From assembly GCA_965208835.1 (NCBI GenBank), contig OZ242358.1:3200001-3264000 (forward strand): a stretch of DNA of 64,000 nt, given 5' to 3'. The translations under genes were made by a program, and so were the position numbers. Source of the stretch: Candidatus Latescibacterota bacterium (GTDB lineage Bacteria; Latescibacterota; UBA2968; GCA-2709665). How positions within the stretch are numbered: the stretch's first letter is position 1; every line of letters starts with the position of its first letter. The notes under the pieces are model-generated. The model ran no database searches. It was not told the origin of the DNA and saw only the letters and a program-made list of their open reading frames with translations. Below, in pieces: positions 9,606 to 19,665 of the stretch.

Positions 9606-10370
9606 TCAGGATTTTCTGCCCGCGATCAACAGCTTCTGGGGAAGACCCTGAAGCGGCGCGCCTTCCCATCCCTCAGCCTCATCCCCGATTTCCTCGAATC
9701 TGATCAGATCGACGCCCTGCTCGATGACGGCCCTGAGGTACTCGGAAACCGTCCAGTGAAATTCGAACTGCTTCACTTCACCGGGCGCCTTATCGAGGAC
9801 ATCCCTGGATGCAGAGTATTCGTGCGGGCCGTTGTCAAAATAGCTGAAACCGACTTCCAGCGACGATGCCTGACCCTTCCAGATACGTCGGAACGGATGG
9901 TACTCGTTGATCAGAAACAACCCCTTCCGGCGCAGGATCCGAATTGCCTCCCGGTAATAGGCTCGCAGGTCACTGACCCACACCGCCACGTGACCCCCAG
10001 TGTACACGATGTCGAAGCTGGCGTCTTCCAGACATCCAAGGTCAGCAACGTCCGACTCGACGAACTCGATGGTCAGACCCAGTTCGTGGGCGCGCCGTTC
10101 CGCCACCGCCAGTTGTTCCACCGAAATGTCGACGGACGTGACCCTTGCGCCCATACCGGCGAACGCGAAGACTGCCAGGTTGTCGCCGCTGCCCAGCACG
10201 CAGACGTCCTTTCCTTCCGCATCCCCAATCAGATCCATCTCTTGCGGCAGGAAGACCTGTTCGGGCTGCATGTGTGCAATTCGCCACGTGCCGCGGCGGT
10301 CGTGCATGGCAGCCCACGTTTCTGCCCCGAAGTTCCAGCGGTCCCGGTTTGCGTGGTGATATTCGTTCAC
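9606..10370 (-). CDS. Class I SAM-dependent methyltransferase
   Basis: GTG start with GAGGGAG RBS; VCVLGSGD, VDIS, SFDIVYTG, EYHPF. Confidence 0.88.
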   Translation of the reverse strand: MNEYHHANRDRWNFGAETWAAMHDRRGTWRIAHMQPEQVFLPQEMDLIGDAEGKDVCVLGSGDNLAVFAFAGMGARVTSVDISVEQLAVAERRAHELGLTIEFVESDVADLGCLEDASFDIVYTGGHVAVWVSDLRAYYREAIRILRRKGLFLINEYHPFRRIWKGQASSLEVGFSYFDNGPHEYSASRDVLDKAPGEVKQFEFHWTVSEYLRAVIEQGVDLIRFEEIGDEAEGWEGAPLQGLPQKLLIAGRKS

Positions 10371-10449
10371 TATCTCCCTCTCTACTGTCAGCAAGGATCG
10401 TACTTCGACGCAATCCGCTTCAAAGTCGGCTGTGGTCTGGACTTCGCAA

Positions 10450-12528
10450 TCATTGCGTGGTGCCCAGCACCTCCACGTAAGCGTCGTACAGACTCTGTAT
10501 CTTCTCCACGTAGTGTACGGGCTGGCCGCCGCGGCAGTATCCGTAGCGCGCCCGCTCGTAATAGGCCGGCTGCGAAAGCAGGCGCATCGCCTGGTCCACG
10601 TGGCCGAACCATCGGTTGGCGTCCCATCCCTTTTCGCGCGCCAGGCGGCGGGCATCCAGCAGATGTCCGTAGCCGACGTTATAGGACGCCAGCGCAAAGT
10701 GAATCCGCGACTGGATCGGGATCTCCAGGTCGAATCGCCGGATCAGCTGATGCATGTACTTCGTGCCGGCATGAATGCCCTCCTCCGGGTCCTCCAGGTT
10801 TTCGAAACCCAACTGCAGCCCCGTGCTGGGCATCACCTGCATCAATCCCCTCGCGCCGACCCAACTGACGGCATTGGGATCGAACTTGGATTCCTGATAC
10901 ATCTGCGCGGTGATCAGGCGCCAGTCCTGACTGTATCGCTTCGCGTACTTTTTCGCAAGATCGTCATACGGCGACAACTGTCCGCTAATGCCGACCCGCG
11001 TTGAATCCTTTGCTCTCGCGATCCGTCGAGGGTTCTCGAAATACCGCTTCTTCATCATATTGAAGTAAAGTCCGCCTTTTTCGCGCCGGATGTACTCGTT
11101 CAGCGACCCCAGAAGGGCCGGATTGCCTTTGCGAACTGCCCAGCCCAGCGTCGTGGATTTGACGCTGAAGGCGGCCTTGAGTCTCAAACCATACGTTCGT
11201 TCCACGTCGAACAGGTTGGAATCGGCAATTGTCAGGTCATAAAGGCCGGACTCGACCCCCGCCATAATCTCTTCGGTCTCGACGTCTTCGGGTAGTTTGA
11301 CGATCCGGAGGTCTTCCACGGAATCCTGTAACGCCTTCAGCGTCGCGTAGAAGGAAGAACTCCCACGCACGTGGAACGTCCGGCCCGCCAGATCCCGGAT
11401 TGACTCAATCGAATCGTCGTCCTCACGCACGACGACGATTTCTTCCACTTCGTTATAGGGCTGCGTAAAGTCCGCCGCCCGCTGTCGTTCCGGGGTTATG
11501 GTCATCGCCGCGGCCACCACGTCTCCCTTGCCGTCGTTCAGATCGGACAACAGTTCGGCATGGGATTTCGGTATAACGATCTCCAGACGCAGGCCGTGTT
11601 CCGAGGCGAATTTTTTCATCAACTCGTACTCGTATCCGACCTGCAGGCCCCGGTGGATGAAATACGTCATTGCGTTGTTGCGCGTGATCATACGAAGCCG
11701 GCCGCGCTCGATCAGACCAGGGAGATCGTCCGTGAATTCCTGCTGCCGCTCTCGAGAAAAGTGCCGGGCCTGCAGAAACTCATCCACCCTGGTCTTGAGC
11801 TCGGTATCTTCCGGCCGCATCATCACCGCGATCGGGCGGCCCTTCGCCAGCACGAGCGGCGTTGTCAGGCTGTCATAGTAACTGGACAGGGCATGCCACA
11901 GATGCGAATCGGACAACGTGGCTTCGTATTCGCCCTTGGCGACGCCATCCAGCAATGCTTCGATGTTCTGGGTTTCGGGAGCGGTCCGGATTCGCAGGGT
12001 CGGTACCTGCCGCTGGAGATTGACGAGCGTCTGATAGTACGAGCTCGAACGCCGCACGCTGATTTCCATGCCCGCGAGGTCATCGACCGTCCGCGGTTGT
12101 TTGCCGCCCGTTCTGGTGACCAGGTATTCGTCCACGTACATATAGGGGACCGAAAACGCCGCTTGCTTCTGGCGTTCGGGCGTTATGGTCAAGCTGGCCA
12201 CAACCACATCGCCTTCCCCCTCCAGCAACTTAACCATCATCTCCGAAAAATCCCCAACCTCAACGAGCACCGGCTGCAGATCGAGAGCCTCGGCAAGCTC
12301 CCGCGCGATGTCGTAGGCGAGCGTTACCTGCTCCCCGTGCCGTGGCAGATATTCGATCGCCTCGAGAGGGACGATCGCCCTCAGTCTACCTCTTGAAACC
12401 AACTCGGAAAGGTCGCCGGTGTATTTCGGCGCAGAAGCCGACGACGAGGAATTATCGGGTTCGCTGCATTGAAGCAGGACGCACACGGCGCCCAGCAGCG
12501 GCAGCAGCGCACCGATCTGACGTTTCAT
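10450..12528 (-). CDS. mltF: MltF-like lytic transglycosylase with two substrate-binding domains
   Basis: Two SBP-family-3 repeats (GRLRAIV, GRLRMITRN); SLT motifs YQESKFDP, GARGLMQVMP, ASYNVG. Confidence 0.9.
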   Translation of the reverse strand: MKRQIGALLPLLGAVCVLLQCSEPDNSSSSASAPKYTGDLSELVSRGRLRAIVPLEAIEYLPRHGEQVTLAYDIARELAEALDLQPVLVEVGDFSEMMVKLLEGEGDVVVASLTITPERQKQAAFSVPYMYVDEYLVTRTGGKQPRTVDDLAGMEISVRRSSSYYQTLVNLQRQVPTLRIRTAPETQNIEALLDGVAKGEYEATLSDSHLWHALSSYYDSLTTPLVLAKGRPIAVMMRPEDTELKTRVDEFLQARHFSRERQQEFTDDLPGLIERGRLRMITRNNAMTYFIHRGLQVGYEYELMKKFASEHGLRLEIVIPKSHAELLSDLNDGKGDVVAAAMTITPERQRAADFTQPYNEVEEIVVVREDDDSIESIRDLAGRTFHVRGSSSFYATLKALQDSVEDLRIVKLPEDVETEEIMAGVESGLYDLTIADSNLFDVERTYGLRLKAAFSVKSTTLGWAVRKGNPALLGSLNEYIRREKGGLYFNMMKKRYFENPRRIARAKDSTRVGISGQLSPYDDLAKKYAKRYSQDWRLITAQMYQESKFDPNAVSWVGARGLMQVMPSTGLQLGFENLEDPEEGIHAGTKYMHQLIRRFDLEIPIQSRIHFALASYNVGYGHLLDARRLAREKGWDANRWFGHVDQAMRLLSQPAYYERARYGYCRGGQPVHYVEKIQSLYDAYVEVLGTTQ

Positions 12529-12731
12529 TTGAATCTCCTGATCTGGATGTGTCGCTTTAAATCCACTCTCCCTTAAACGTCGGATTACTCGATGAAGTTG
12601 CCTTCATGACAATGCGTTACCACATTGGATCCAATTCCATGCGGTGGCATCCACGCTGCCCATATCCGTAGCGGCCCTCTCGCCAATTCGATCACTCCGC
12701 ATTAATCGGGAGTCGTCGACGCGGGCACCTG

Positions 12732-13544
12732 TCAGTCGCCCGGCTTCTGTCCGATGTAGAGGATGTGCCTGGACGAAGCGACGATGCTCTGTTCCTCGCT
12801 GATTTCGAACAGCAGATTCCGCCACAGTTCTCGCTGATTTCCCCGCAGGTTGTTATAGCTTTCATCGTCCGAAGCAATCGCGGGCTCCACCCCGGCAATA
12901 TTCAGTGTTTGGAATCCCGCGCGTTCATGCATGGGGGCGACTTCCTCATAGCGAACGAAATACCCGCGGAAGCCGCCACGCGGCGCATCATCTGGGCGAT
13001 GGCCGTCGCTGATCAGGGACCGGACCTCACCATGCCTCTCAATCCACGCAGGGCTATTCCTTATCAGGTCTCCTAAGATGCCGAATCTGGAAATCATGGT
13101 CGAGAAGACCACGCCCCCGGGTTTCAGGCGCTCGAAGGCGGATTTCAGAGCCGTCGTCCGATCGGTTTCAGCTACCAGGTGGTACAGTGGGCCCATCAGG
13201 AGAACGGCGTCGAACTGTCCGCGTGGAATCCCGTCCAGGGTGCGCGCATCGCCGGTACGGAAATCGGTCCGCTCGGCAAGACCCAGCGCCTCCGCCTTCG
13301 CACTGCACCGGGCGACGAACCCGTCGGCGATGTCCACAGAGGTAATCCGGTAGCCCCGCTTTGCCAGTGGAAAGGTATAAAACCCCGTGCCGAAGCCGAC
13401 TTCCAGAAGTCTCCCGCGGGAAGGGAGGTAATGGTCCAGGTATCGCCACGTCAAATCCGCTTCCAACTGATGGCGCGTAAGGCGGTCATCCTCGGCGTCC
13501 CAGCCGGCGTTGTAAAATTCGCGTATGTCGGTCACGTCGTCCAT
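12732..13544 (-). CDS. Class I SAM-dependent methyltransferase
   Basis: LLEVGFGTG, GDAR, FDAVLLMGPLYHL, LKPGG. Confidence 0.9.
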   Translation of the reverse strand: MDDVTDIREFYNAGWDAEDDRLTRHQLEADLTWRYLDHYLPSRGRLLEVGFGTGFYTFPLAKRGYRITSVDIADGFVARCSAKAEALGLAERTDFRTGDARTLDGIPRGQFDAVLLMGPLYHLVAETDRTTALKSAFERLKPGGVVFSTMISRFGILGDLIRNSPAWIERHGEVRSLISDGHRPDDAPRGGFRGYFVRYEEVAPMHERAGFQTLNIAGVEPAIASDDESYNNLRGNQRELWRNLLFEISEEQSIVASSRHILYIGQKPGD

Positions 13545-13689
13545 AGATTCGTCTTGATTCGTATTATTGTCGCCCGCGAGTTGCCTATTCGCGATACCTG
13601 GTCATGCACCGCCACAGATCGGCGTCGGACCACGGGCGGGAGTGTTGGTCCGAAGCCTATTTCGGCACGGGTTCATCTGACTATTCCAA

Positions 13690-14328
13690 TCAAGGCTTGT
13701 CGTACATTGACAGGTCGTCCCAGTCCTCCCGCATCTGCGGTCGTGCCAGCTTCGCATCGGGACGCCAGATCTCCCACCCCTCCGCATACAGCCCTCCGGG
13801 ACCCTCTATTTCGTCAACGGCGCGTTTACCTTCGTTCAACACCGCCCTGCCCGCTACCGGTGTCATCCGACCCTGGCTGACCGCGAGATCAAGCTCATCC
13901 CGATCTTTCCATTTCCAGCTTCGGTCCGGATCGACAATTACATCCAGCTGATGATCTCTGAAATCGAAGCCCAGCCGCGTACGTGTAAGCATGCTCTGAA
14001 GATTGACGTACCAGCCCTGAAATACGCCATCGGCAGACCACCTCACCCACGTTGCGCGGTTTTCGCCCGGCCGGACGATTATCAGAAGCTCCGCCCACCG
14101 CCAGACCGAATCATCAAGAGTCCAGGTCCGGTTCACCCAGTCCCGCGGCCTGTCCGGAGTATCTGGAGACAACACGGGCTTTTTGGCTGGCGTCCCCACC
14201 GGAAGCCATAGCACATTCCTGGCGTCGGAATCCTCGACGACGGTGACGGGTTTCACGTCGATGATCCGGCCGTTCTCGTCGAGCTCACGGTAGAGGATCG
14301 CGTCTCCGCAACGGAACCTGGCGTTCAC
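13690..14328 (-). CDS. DUF402 domain protein
   Basis: GTG start after AGGAG; PVTVVED, GWYVNLQ, DHQLDVIV, WKDRDEL. Confidence 0.8.
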   Translation of the reverse strand: MNARFRCGDAILYRELDENGRIIDVKPVTVVEDSDARNVLWLPVGTPAKKPVLSPDTPDRPRDWVNRTWTLDDSVWRWAELLIIVRPGENRATWVRWSADGVFQGWYVNLQSMLTRTRLGFDFRDHQLDVIVDPDRSWKWKDRDELDLAVSQGRMTPVAGRAVLNEGKRAVDEIEGPGGLYAEGWEIWRPDAKLARPQMREDWDDLSMYDKP

Positions 14329-14392
14329 TGGATCGCTCCTTCTCGATAGAACGGACTCCGCCGCATATCGAAATGTGCGAAACGACAACCGT

Positions 14393-14863
14393 TCAATCCG
14401 AATAGGCTGCTGCGGCGTTGGCCGGGTCTCCCGAATCCAGATTTGCGTTTTCGACGAACCATTGCGAGTTCGCGTACAGCGCCATGACCGACTTGTGGCT
14501 GAGAAACCCTTCTCGTCGGTAGAAATCCTGCTGTCCGTGGACACACGCGAGGATCACCCTGGGAACGGCGAGTTTCCGGAGGATCGATCTCAAGATCGCC
14601 CTGCCGACACCCTGGCGCTGATATTCCGGCGCAACGACAAGCTCGCAGACGGTCGCAGGCGCCTCGTCGTCCGAAATCGTCCGTCCGCCGCCAACCAGCG
14701 CTGCTCCGCTGAAGGCAAAACAGCTGATTTCGCTATCGGCGTACGCGCGACGGAGTCTTCCCGGATCGAGCTTTCCCAGAGGGGCCCGCTTGTAGACTTC
14801 CGCGAGGTCCTTCCAATTGACGCCCTTTGCATCCTCCTTATAGACGATCTCATACGTCGACAT
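14393..14863 (-). CDS. GNAT N-acetyltransferase
   Basis: VVAPEYQRQGVG, FYRREGF. Confidence 0.88.
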   Translation of the reverse strand: MSTYEIVYKEDAKGVNWKDLAEVYKRAPLGKLDPGRLRRAYADSEISCFAFSGAALVGGGRTISDDEAPATVCELVVAPEYQRQGVGRAILRSILRKLAVPRVILACVHGQQDFYRREGFLSHKSVMALYANSQWFVENANLDSGDPANAAAAYSD

Positions 14864-14984
14864 GTTTCCCCCAGTTGAATTGAAGCGTTCTGCGCGTGAA
14901 ACGCGTAACCTGTTTATGTCGGCGAATTATCAATGTGGGTTGTGTACAGACCGGTCGTTCCGGTCGGTGAGGTTGTTGTGTACG

Positions 14985-15593
14985 TCAGACGCGGCCACTG
15001 ACATCCCGCACCACACCCCGACCGGTTCCCTGCTTCAGTTCATTCAGAAACCGCGCCACGTCGCCCCGCGACCTCAAGATCACGACGTTCTTATCGTTTG
15101 TGACCCGTTCCAGGTCATCCAGAATCCCAGGAAGCCGTGTCCTGTTGTAGTTCCAGATCCAATCGAGGAATTCCAGATCGGGCAACTGCTCCCGGCAGCC
15201 GGGGTTCAAGTCCGGCCGGCTGCGACCCAGATGCCTGATGGCCCGCTTAAATACCCGAAAGAGACAGGTGAATCGGGGCAGCGCCAGCAGGACCACCGTG
15301 TCGCTTGCCGCTATCCTCTGTTTCATCGTACTTCCGTAGTTTCCGTCCAGAATCCAGGTCTCGCGCTCGAGGAGCTCCCCGTGTTGGCGCTGCCAGACGT
15401 CCCTGGGGGGCTTCTCCCAGTTCGGCCTCCAATGTACGGCGTCGAGATGGACGACCGGCAGGTCCAGCAGAGTTCCGAGCTTGACCGCCAGTGTGGACTT
15501 TCCCGAACCCCCGCAACCGATGATGCAGACCCTTCGCATAATCGATTTGCCGTTTTCTGTGTTGGTTTCTGGCTGCATGTTTTCCTGGTTCAT
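14985..15593 (-). CDS. P-loop kinase, FlaR/DNA topology modulation-like
   Basis: IIGCGGSGKSTLA, HLD, WILDGNY, RPDLNPGCRE; start 15593 or 15539. Confidence 0.85.
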   Translation of the reverse strand: MNQENMQPETNTENGKSIMRRVCIIGCGGSGKSTLAVKLGTLLDLPVVHLDAVHWRPNWEKPPRDVWQRQHGELLERETWILDGNYGSTMKQRIAASDTVVLLALPRFTCLFRVFKRAIRHLGRSRPDLNPGCREQLPDLEFLDWIWNYNRTRLPGILDDLERVTNDKNVVILRSRGDVARFLNELKQGTGRGVVRDVSGRV

Positions 15594-15853
15594 CTCCCGC
15601 CGGATAAGGGAATCCTCATTCAGCCTCCTGAATCCGGCCCGTATCAGCGATGTGGATGTCTTCGTCCTGTCTTGAGTCGAAGTATCGGCATAGACGATGG
15701 GTGTGGTGATTCGACAAATTGGATCCCCCCTTTGGTTCTCATTCCCACACATGGAATGAGTGATATTAATGCTTGTTAAACAATAATCCGGGGGAGTAAT
15801 TCGGTTCATATGAGCGCATGCGCGCCTCCCGATGCCCAGGTAGACGCCAGGCG

Positions 15854-16714
15854 TCACTTCCAGCACAAGTCCGAAACGACCGGATAGTGATCGCTGGGGT
15901 AGAGCGAACCCTGGTGGCTTCGGACAATCTCGGACTTCTCCACGTCGACCCGCAGACCGGGATAGCGAAACAGGACCCAGTCCAGACGCCAGGAAAGATG
16001 ATGGAGCATCGGGTCGTATGCCGTTCCTGCGTAACCGTGATAGGTATTCGACGCCGCTCCGTCGCGAAGTCCGGCACGCTGGAACGCATCTTCGAAACCT
16101 GCCGCAAGCAGGATTCGGTGTACCGCGTCGGTAATCGTGCTGCCGGCTGCGGCGGCGGCCTCCACCTCAGGCGTCCACGGATTGCAGTTGAAGTCTCCGG
16201 TCAACAGCTGGAGTTCACCGCCTTCTGCAGCACCGGAGATCCACCGGTTCACCAGAGATGCGCCCCCGGTCCGGGCCCGTTCGCTGATGTGATCCAGATG
16301 GGTATTGACGTGGAGGAAGTCCAGGCCTTTCGCGAGGTCGTGAAAACGGACCCAGGTTGCGGTCCGGACGCAGGCGGAATCCCAGGACCTTGAGTAGCAC
16401 TCCGGCGTGGTGCTGAGCCAGAATCCGCCCCTCGAGTGCGGCTGAAGTCGCTCACGCCGCCAGAAGACCGGGTTGAAGAGGTGGGGCGGGTCGTTCGCGT
16501 GCGGGCCCTGGAAGCTGTCGTACGCCGTCAGCGCTTCGCCGAACGTGGCGAAATTCGGCCACTGCGTTTCCTGAAAGCCGATCAGGTCCGGCGACGCGTC
16601 TTCGATCACGTCGCAGACCAGTTGCGAGCGGCCGGAACCTATCCATGCGTTCTCCGGCTCATGTTCGTCGCAACCGCCGGCGAGGTTAAGGCTCATCACG
16701 CGAAGTCCGGACAT
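15854..16714 (-). CDS. Endonuclease/exonuclease/phosphatase family protein
   Basis: VMSLN, PDLIGFQE, NTHLDH, GDFN, RLDW, PSDHYPV. Confidence 0.92.
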   Translation of the reverse strand: MSGLRVMSLNLAGGCDEHEPENAWIGSGRSQLVCDVIEDASPDLIGFQETQWPNFATFGEALTAYDSFQGPHANDPPHLFNPVFWRRERLQPHSRGGFWLSTTPECYSRSWDSACVRTATWVRFHDLAKGLDFLHVNTHLDHISERARTGGASLVNRWISGAAEGGELQLLTGDFNCNPWTPEVEAAAAAGSTITDAVHRILLAAGFEDAFQRAGLRDGAASNTYHGYAGTAYDPMLHHLSWRLDWVLFRYPGLRVDVEKSEIVRSHQGSLYPSDHYPVVSDLCWK

Positions 16715-16776
16715 TCCTGAGTCCTTTAATGCAAGTTTCGTGCCGATATCGGTTAGGGCAATAGAAAACCCACGGT

Positions 16777-17082
16777 CTATCGACCGCGGATGTGCGGACG
16801 CACTTCCCGGTCCAGCCGTTCCGAGAGCACGTCCTCGGCGACTTCCAGCTCAAAGTTTGTCTGAATGTTCATCCAGAATCGGGGGGACGTGTAGAAATAC
16901 CGGGCGAGTCTCAGCGCCGTATCCGCGGTTATGCCGCGTTTGCCGAGGACGATCTCGTTTATGCGACGCGGCGGCACCCCGATGGAAAGCGCCAGTTGGT
17001 TCTGGCTGAGATCCATCGGCTCGAGAAACTGTTCCTGCAATATTCTCCCGGGATGAACGGGAACCGTTTCTCCAGCGGACAT
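16777..17082 (-). CDS. higA: HigA/VapI-family antitoxin with no adjacent toxin
   Basis: PVHPGRIL..FLEP..LSQNQLA..GVPPRRINEIV.GKRGITADTALRLARYF..FWMNIQ. Confidence 0.92.
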   Translation of the reverse strand: MSAGETVPVHPGRILQEQFLEPMDLSQNQLALSIGVPPRRINEIVLGKRGITADTALRLARYFYTSPRFWMNIQTNFELEVAEDVLSERLDREVRPHIRGR

Positions 17083-17154
17083 AGCCGTTTTCTCCAGAGC
17101 GATCGATTGCGACGCCACAGGCGGTGCCGGAATTCCCGATTTTCGTGGGATCGC

Positions 17155-17320
17155 ACAATATACATATTTTATAACGTTTTCCGTTAAATGACAAGTATTA
17201 AATTATAAGCGTTAAATAGAAACCGTTAAATGTTTTTCATTAAATGTATATCATTTAACGTATTATCTTAAATGTAATCCGTTTAACTATATACATTAAA
17301 CGGATTACGTTATAAACAAT
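17155..17320. promoter_or_regulatory. Very AT-rich tract with repeated CGTTAAATG-like motifs and a 13-bp inverted repeat
   Basis: Motif copies near 17182, 17210, 17224 and reversed at 17252; GTAATCCGTTTAA (17274-17286) pairs with TTAAACGGATTAC (17296-17308). Confidence 0.6.
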
Positions 17321-17364
17321 GCAGACGCGATGCAAGGCGAAATACAGACAGCGCTGTGAGGAAA

Positions 17365-17505
17365 CTAGCTGTCAGCTAAAATCGGTGAGACGTAAGCCGG
17401 TAGACGGGAGAGATTTCCTGCCCTGTAAGGTTTCTTCTCATGCCGCAGGCAAGTCGGAGGAACAGATCGGCAATGGTTTGTTCTCCCGTCTCACCTCTCC
17501 CCTCT
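17365..17505 (-). repeat. Dispersed structured repeat family A, copy 2
   Basis: Reverse complement contains CTTGCCTGCGGCATGAGAAGAAACCTTACAGGGCAGGAAATCTCTCCCGTCT. Confidence 0.8.
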
Positions 17506-18196
17506 AACGGTTTTTGGTCAGCCGCAGCATGTTAGTATCGCCCCGACGGAATTCGAATGGAACCGGCACCACCTCAATGTCTGCGCATTCTTGCATGGTG
17601 CGGATCGTACCGTCCAGATGCCTCGAACGTTTACCCGCCATGTCCAACAACGGATACACCCGGACCTCGCGCCCAACCCGAAGCAGTTCCCGCAGGTACG
17701 ATATGTGAGTCTCGGTATCGAACTCCTCGGAGTAGAGAAACAGCAGGTGGGAACAGAGGACAAGATCGAAGGATTTGGCCCGGAAGGGCAAGTCTGGAAG
17801 ATGCCCGGCAACGTAACGGCCGCTTGCGGCGGCCGAGCGGAAGTCGCGCAGAAAGATTGAGAGGACGTCGCGGCGCAGCCTCACGACCGTTTCGGGGCTT
17901 TCATAGTGGTCCCAGATAAACCGTGCGTACGCTTCTCGCGCGCCCTTGAGCATGCTCGCGGACGTGGATTCGAAATCCGCCTCGATATTGCGGCCGGAAA
18001 GCCTGTACACGGGATCGACGGCGACGACGAATCGCCCGGTTCCGCCCCATTCGGCCGCGAACGACGACGGTCCTCCACCGCAGTCCAGGACCCGCGCGGA
18101 CGAGGGGACGTCGGACAATGCGAAGAACGCCTCGTATTCGGCCGCGCTCCGCCCCCAGGCGGGAACGGCTCCACCAAAGTCGAATTCATTTGGCAT
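17504..18196 (-). CDS. SAM-dependent methyltransferase
   Basis: GRSAAEY, VLDCGGGPSSF, LPDLPF..SFDLVLCSHLLFLY. Confidence 0.88.
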   Translation of the reverse strand: MPNEFDFGGAVPAWGRSAAEYEAFFALSDVPSSARVLDCGGGPSSFAAEWGGTGRFVVAVDPVYRLSGRNIEADFESTSASMLKGAREAYARFIWDHYESPETVVRLRRDVLSIFLRDFRSAAASGRYVAGHLPDLPFRAKSFDLVLCSHLLFLYSEEFDTETHISYLRELLRVGREVRVYPLLDMAGKRSRHLDGTIRTMQECADIEVVPVPFEFRRGDTNMLRLTKNR

Positions 18197-18224
18197 GAAC
18201 GCGCAAACCCGGACCGGGAATAAT

Positions 18225-18505
18225 CAAGACAACATTCAACTCACACAAAGACACAAAGGCGCAAAGCCACAAAGAAAAAGCAGAGAAAGACCATAAGACA
18301 AGAGCAAAAACCAAAATCAGGAACCGCCGCCCAGACAACTCTCCCCGGCCCCAAAGAATCGGGTAGACGCAAGACGGGAGAAGGTACAGACTTCCTGCCC
18401 ATTGAGGTTTCTTCTCGTGCCGCAGGCAAGGAGGAATAACATACCGGGCAAGGGCTTCTTCTACCGTCTCACCTCTGCCGTCTCCCCGCATCTCTTCCAC
18501 CCGCT
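18225..18505 (-). repeat. Dispersed structured repeat family A, copy 3, with an adjacent CACAAAG 8-mer array
   Basis: Reverse complement GAAGAAGCCCTTGCCCGGTATG...CTTGCCTGCGGCACGAGAAGAAACCTCA..GGCAGG; shares the TTTGGGGCCGGGGAGAG tail with copy 1. Confidence 0.8.
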
Positions 18506-19476
18506 ACCCTCTCACGGCCTGTTTTGATGACCTCTTCGATAAACCCCGCTTTGCCGGTCTGATAGGACTTGCGGTCCTTTGGAAATCGATTCGCCAGGTC
18601 CCGTTTCAGCCTGCTGTAGTCTTCCGCAAGGCTTCGGTTCGATCTCAGGCAATCCCGGAAAAGGATCATATCTTTCCAATCGGTGCTGGTTTTTTCGAAC
18701 ATATGTATCTGATGCGTGCGGGGATCACCCTTGCCGAAATAGTGCCTCCGAGGGATGCCGTTTTCTCCCCTGAACTCGTACCCGATCCCGGCAAGCGGCT
18801 CAATGCAGATCGTCGCTTCGTCAATGTCCTCGACGGCGACCGCAACGTCCAGCTTTGGCTTCGCGCACATCCCCGGGATGGACGTGCTGCCGACATGCTG
18901 GATATCCTCCACGTAATCACCAATCGCTTCTTCGATATTCTCCTTCTCCAATTCGAACAGGACGTTCCATTCATCCCGATAGGGCGAAACCGACACATCT
19001 CCACCCTTCAACCCGAGCAACTGTCCTTCGCTGAACAGTTCCGGTATCCGTTCACGGGTCAGAAAGGTCCGCAGTTCCGGATCCACCCTGGATATGGAGT
19101 CGATTGAGACCCACGAGAATGCAAAAATAACGCCGGATTCCGGGCCCACCGTTCCAATGTGCTCCCATTCGTCCGGCAAGTCAGAATCGGCCCTGAACAG
19201 GTAGTCCGTCCGTTCTACGTCTGACTGGATGTAGGGTTTGAAGTATCGGGTCGTCCCGATTTTCCGGATAAACCGCAGTTCTTCGATCCCCGACTCTTCG
19301 AGGGTTTCGCGGTGCGCGGCCTGAAGCGGCGATTCATCGCCTTCCAGGTTCCCACCAGGAAGTCGATAGTATTCGTACCCGATGGATTTGAGCTCGAGGA
19401 CCAGCAGTTCACATCGCTCATCCGCACTATACCTTATGATGTACGCAAATGCCTTATGGACGAGAGACCTGGTCAT
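18469..19476 (-). CDS. NUDIX hydrolase - GrpB (UPF0157) fusion protein
   Basis: Nudix box PGGNLEGDESPLQAAHRETLEESG; GrpB motifs HVGSTSIPGMCAKPKLD, FRDCLR, Y..LK..LA. Confidence 0.88.
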   Translation of the reverse strand: MTRSLVHKAFAYIIRYSADERCELLVLELKSIGYEYYRLPGGNLEGDESPLQAAHRETLEESGIEELRFIRKIGTTRYFKPYIQSDVERTDYLFRADSDLPDEWEHIGTVGPESGVIFAFSWVSIDSISRVDPELRTFLTRERIPELFSEGQLLGLKGGDVSVSPYRDEWNVLFELEKENIEEAIGDYVEDIQHVGSTSIPGMCAKPKLDVAVAVEDIDEATICIEPLAGIGYEFRGENGIPRRHYFGKGDPRTHQIHMFEKTSTDWKDMILFRDCLRSNRSLAEDYSRLKRDLANRFPKDRKSYQTGKAGFIEEVIKTGRERVAGGRDAGRRQR

Positions 19477-19541
19477 GGGTTTACAGTGCCGGGCATGTTA
19501 ATGGGCGGCGCAATGGTCTGCTCGTGCCCTGACCGATACCA

Positions 19542-19640
19542 TTATACGCCAATCGCCGATCGGATGGCTGCCAGCGTTTCGGCGGGCGTCTGATTGCTGT
19601 TGTCGATTACTGTTCCGATACCGGGATCGACATGGGGCAT
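19542..19640 (-). pseudogene. Possible C-terminal fragment of a P-loop kinase
   Basis: VIDNSNQTPAETLAAI resembles the C-terminus of small nucleotide kinases; no N-terminal part present. Confidence 0.3.
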
Positions 19641-19665
19641 TCGATATGGGCATCGTGCGCGACCG

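Noticed and set aside
17155-17320. Replication origin
   Set aside because: No TTATCCACA-type DnaA boxes and no dnaA or rep gene nearby
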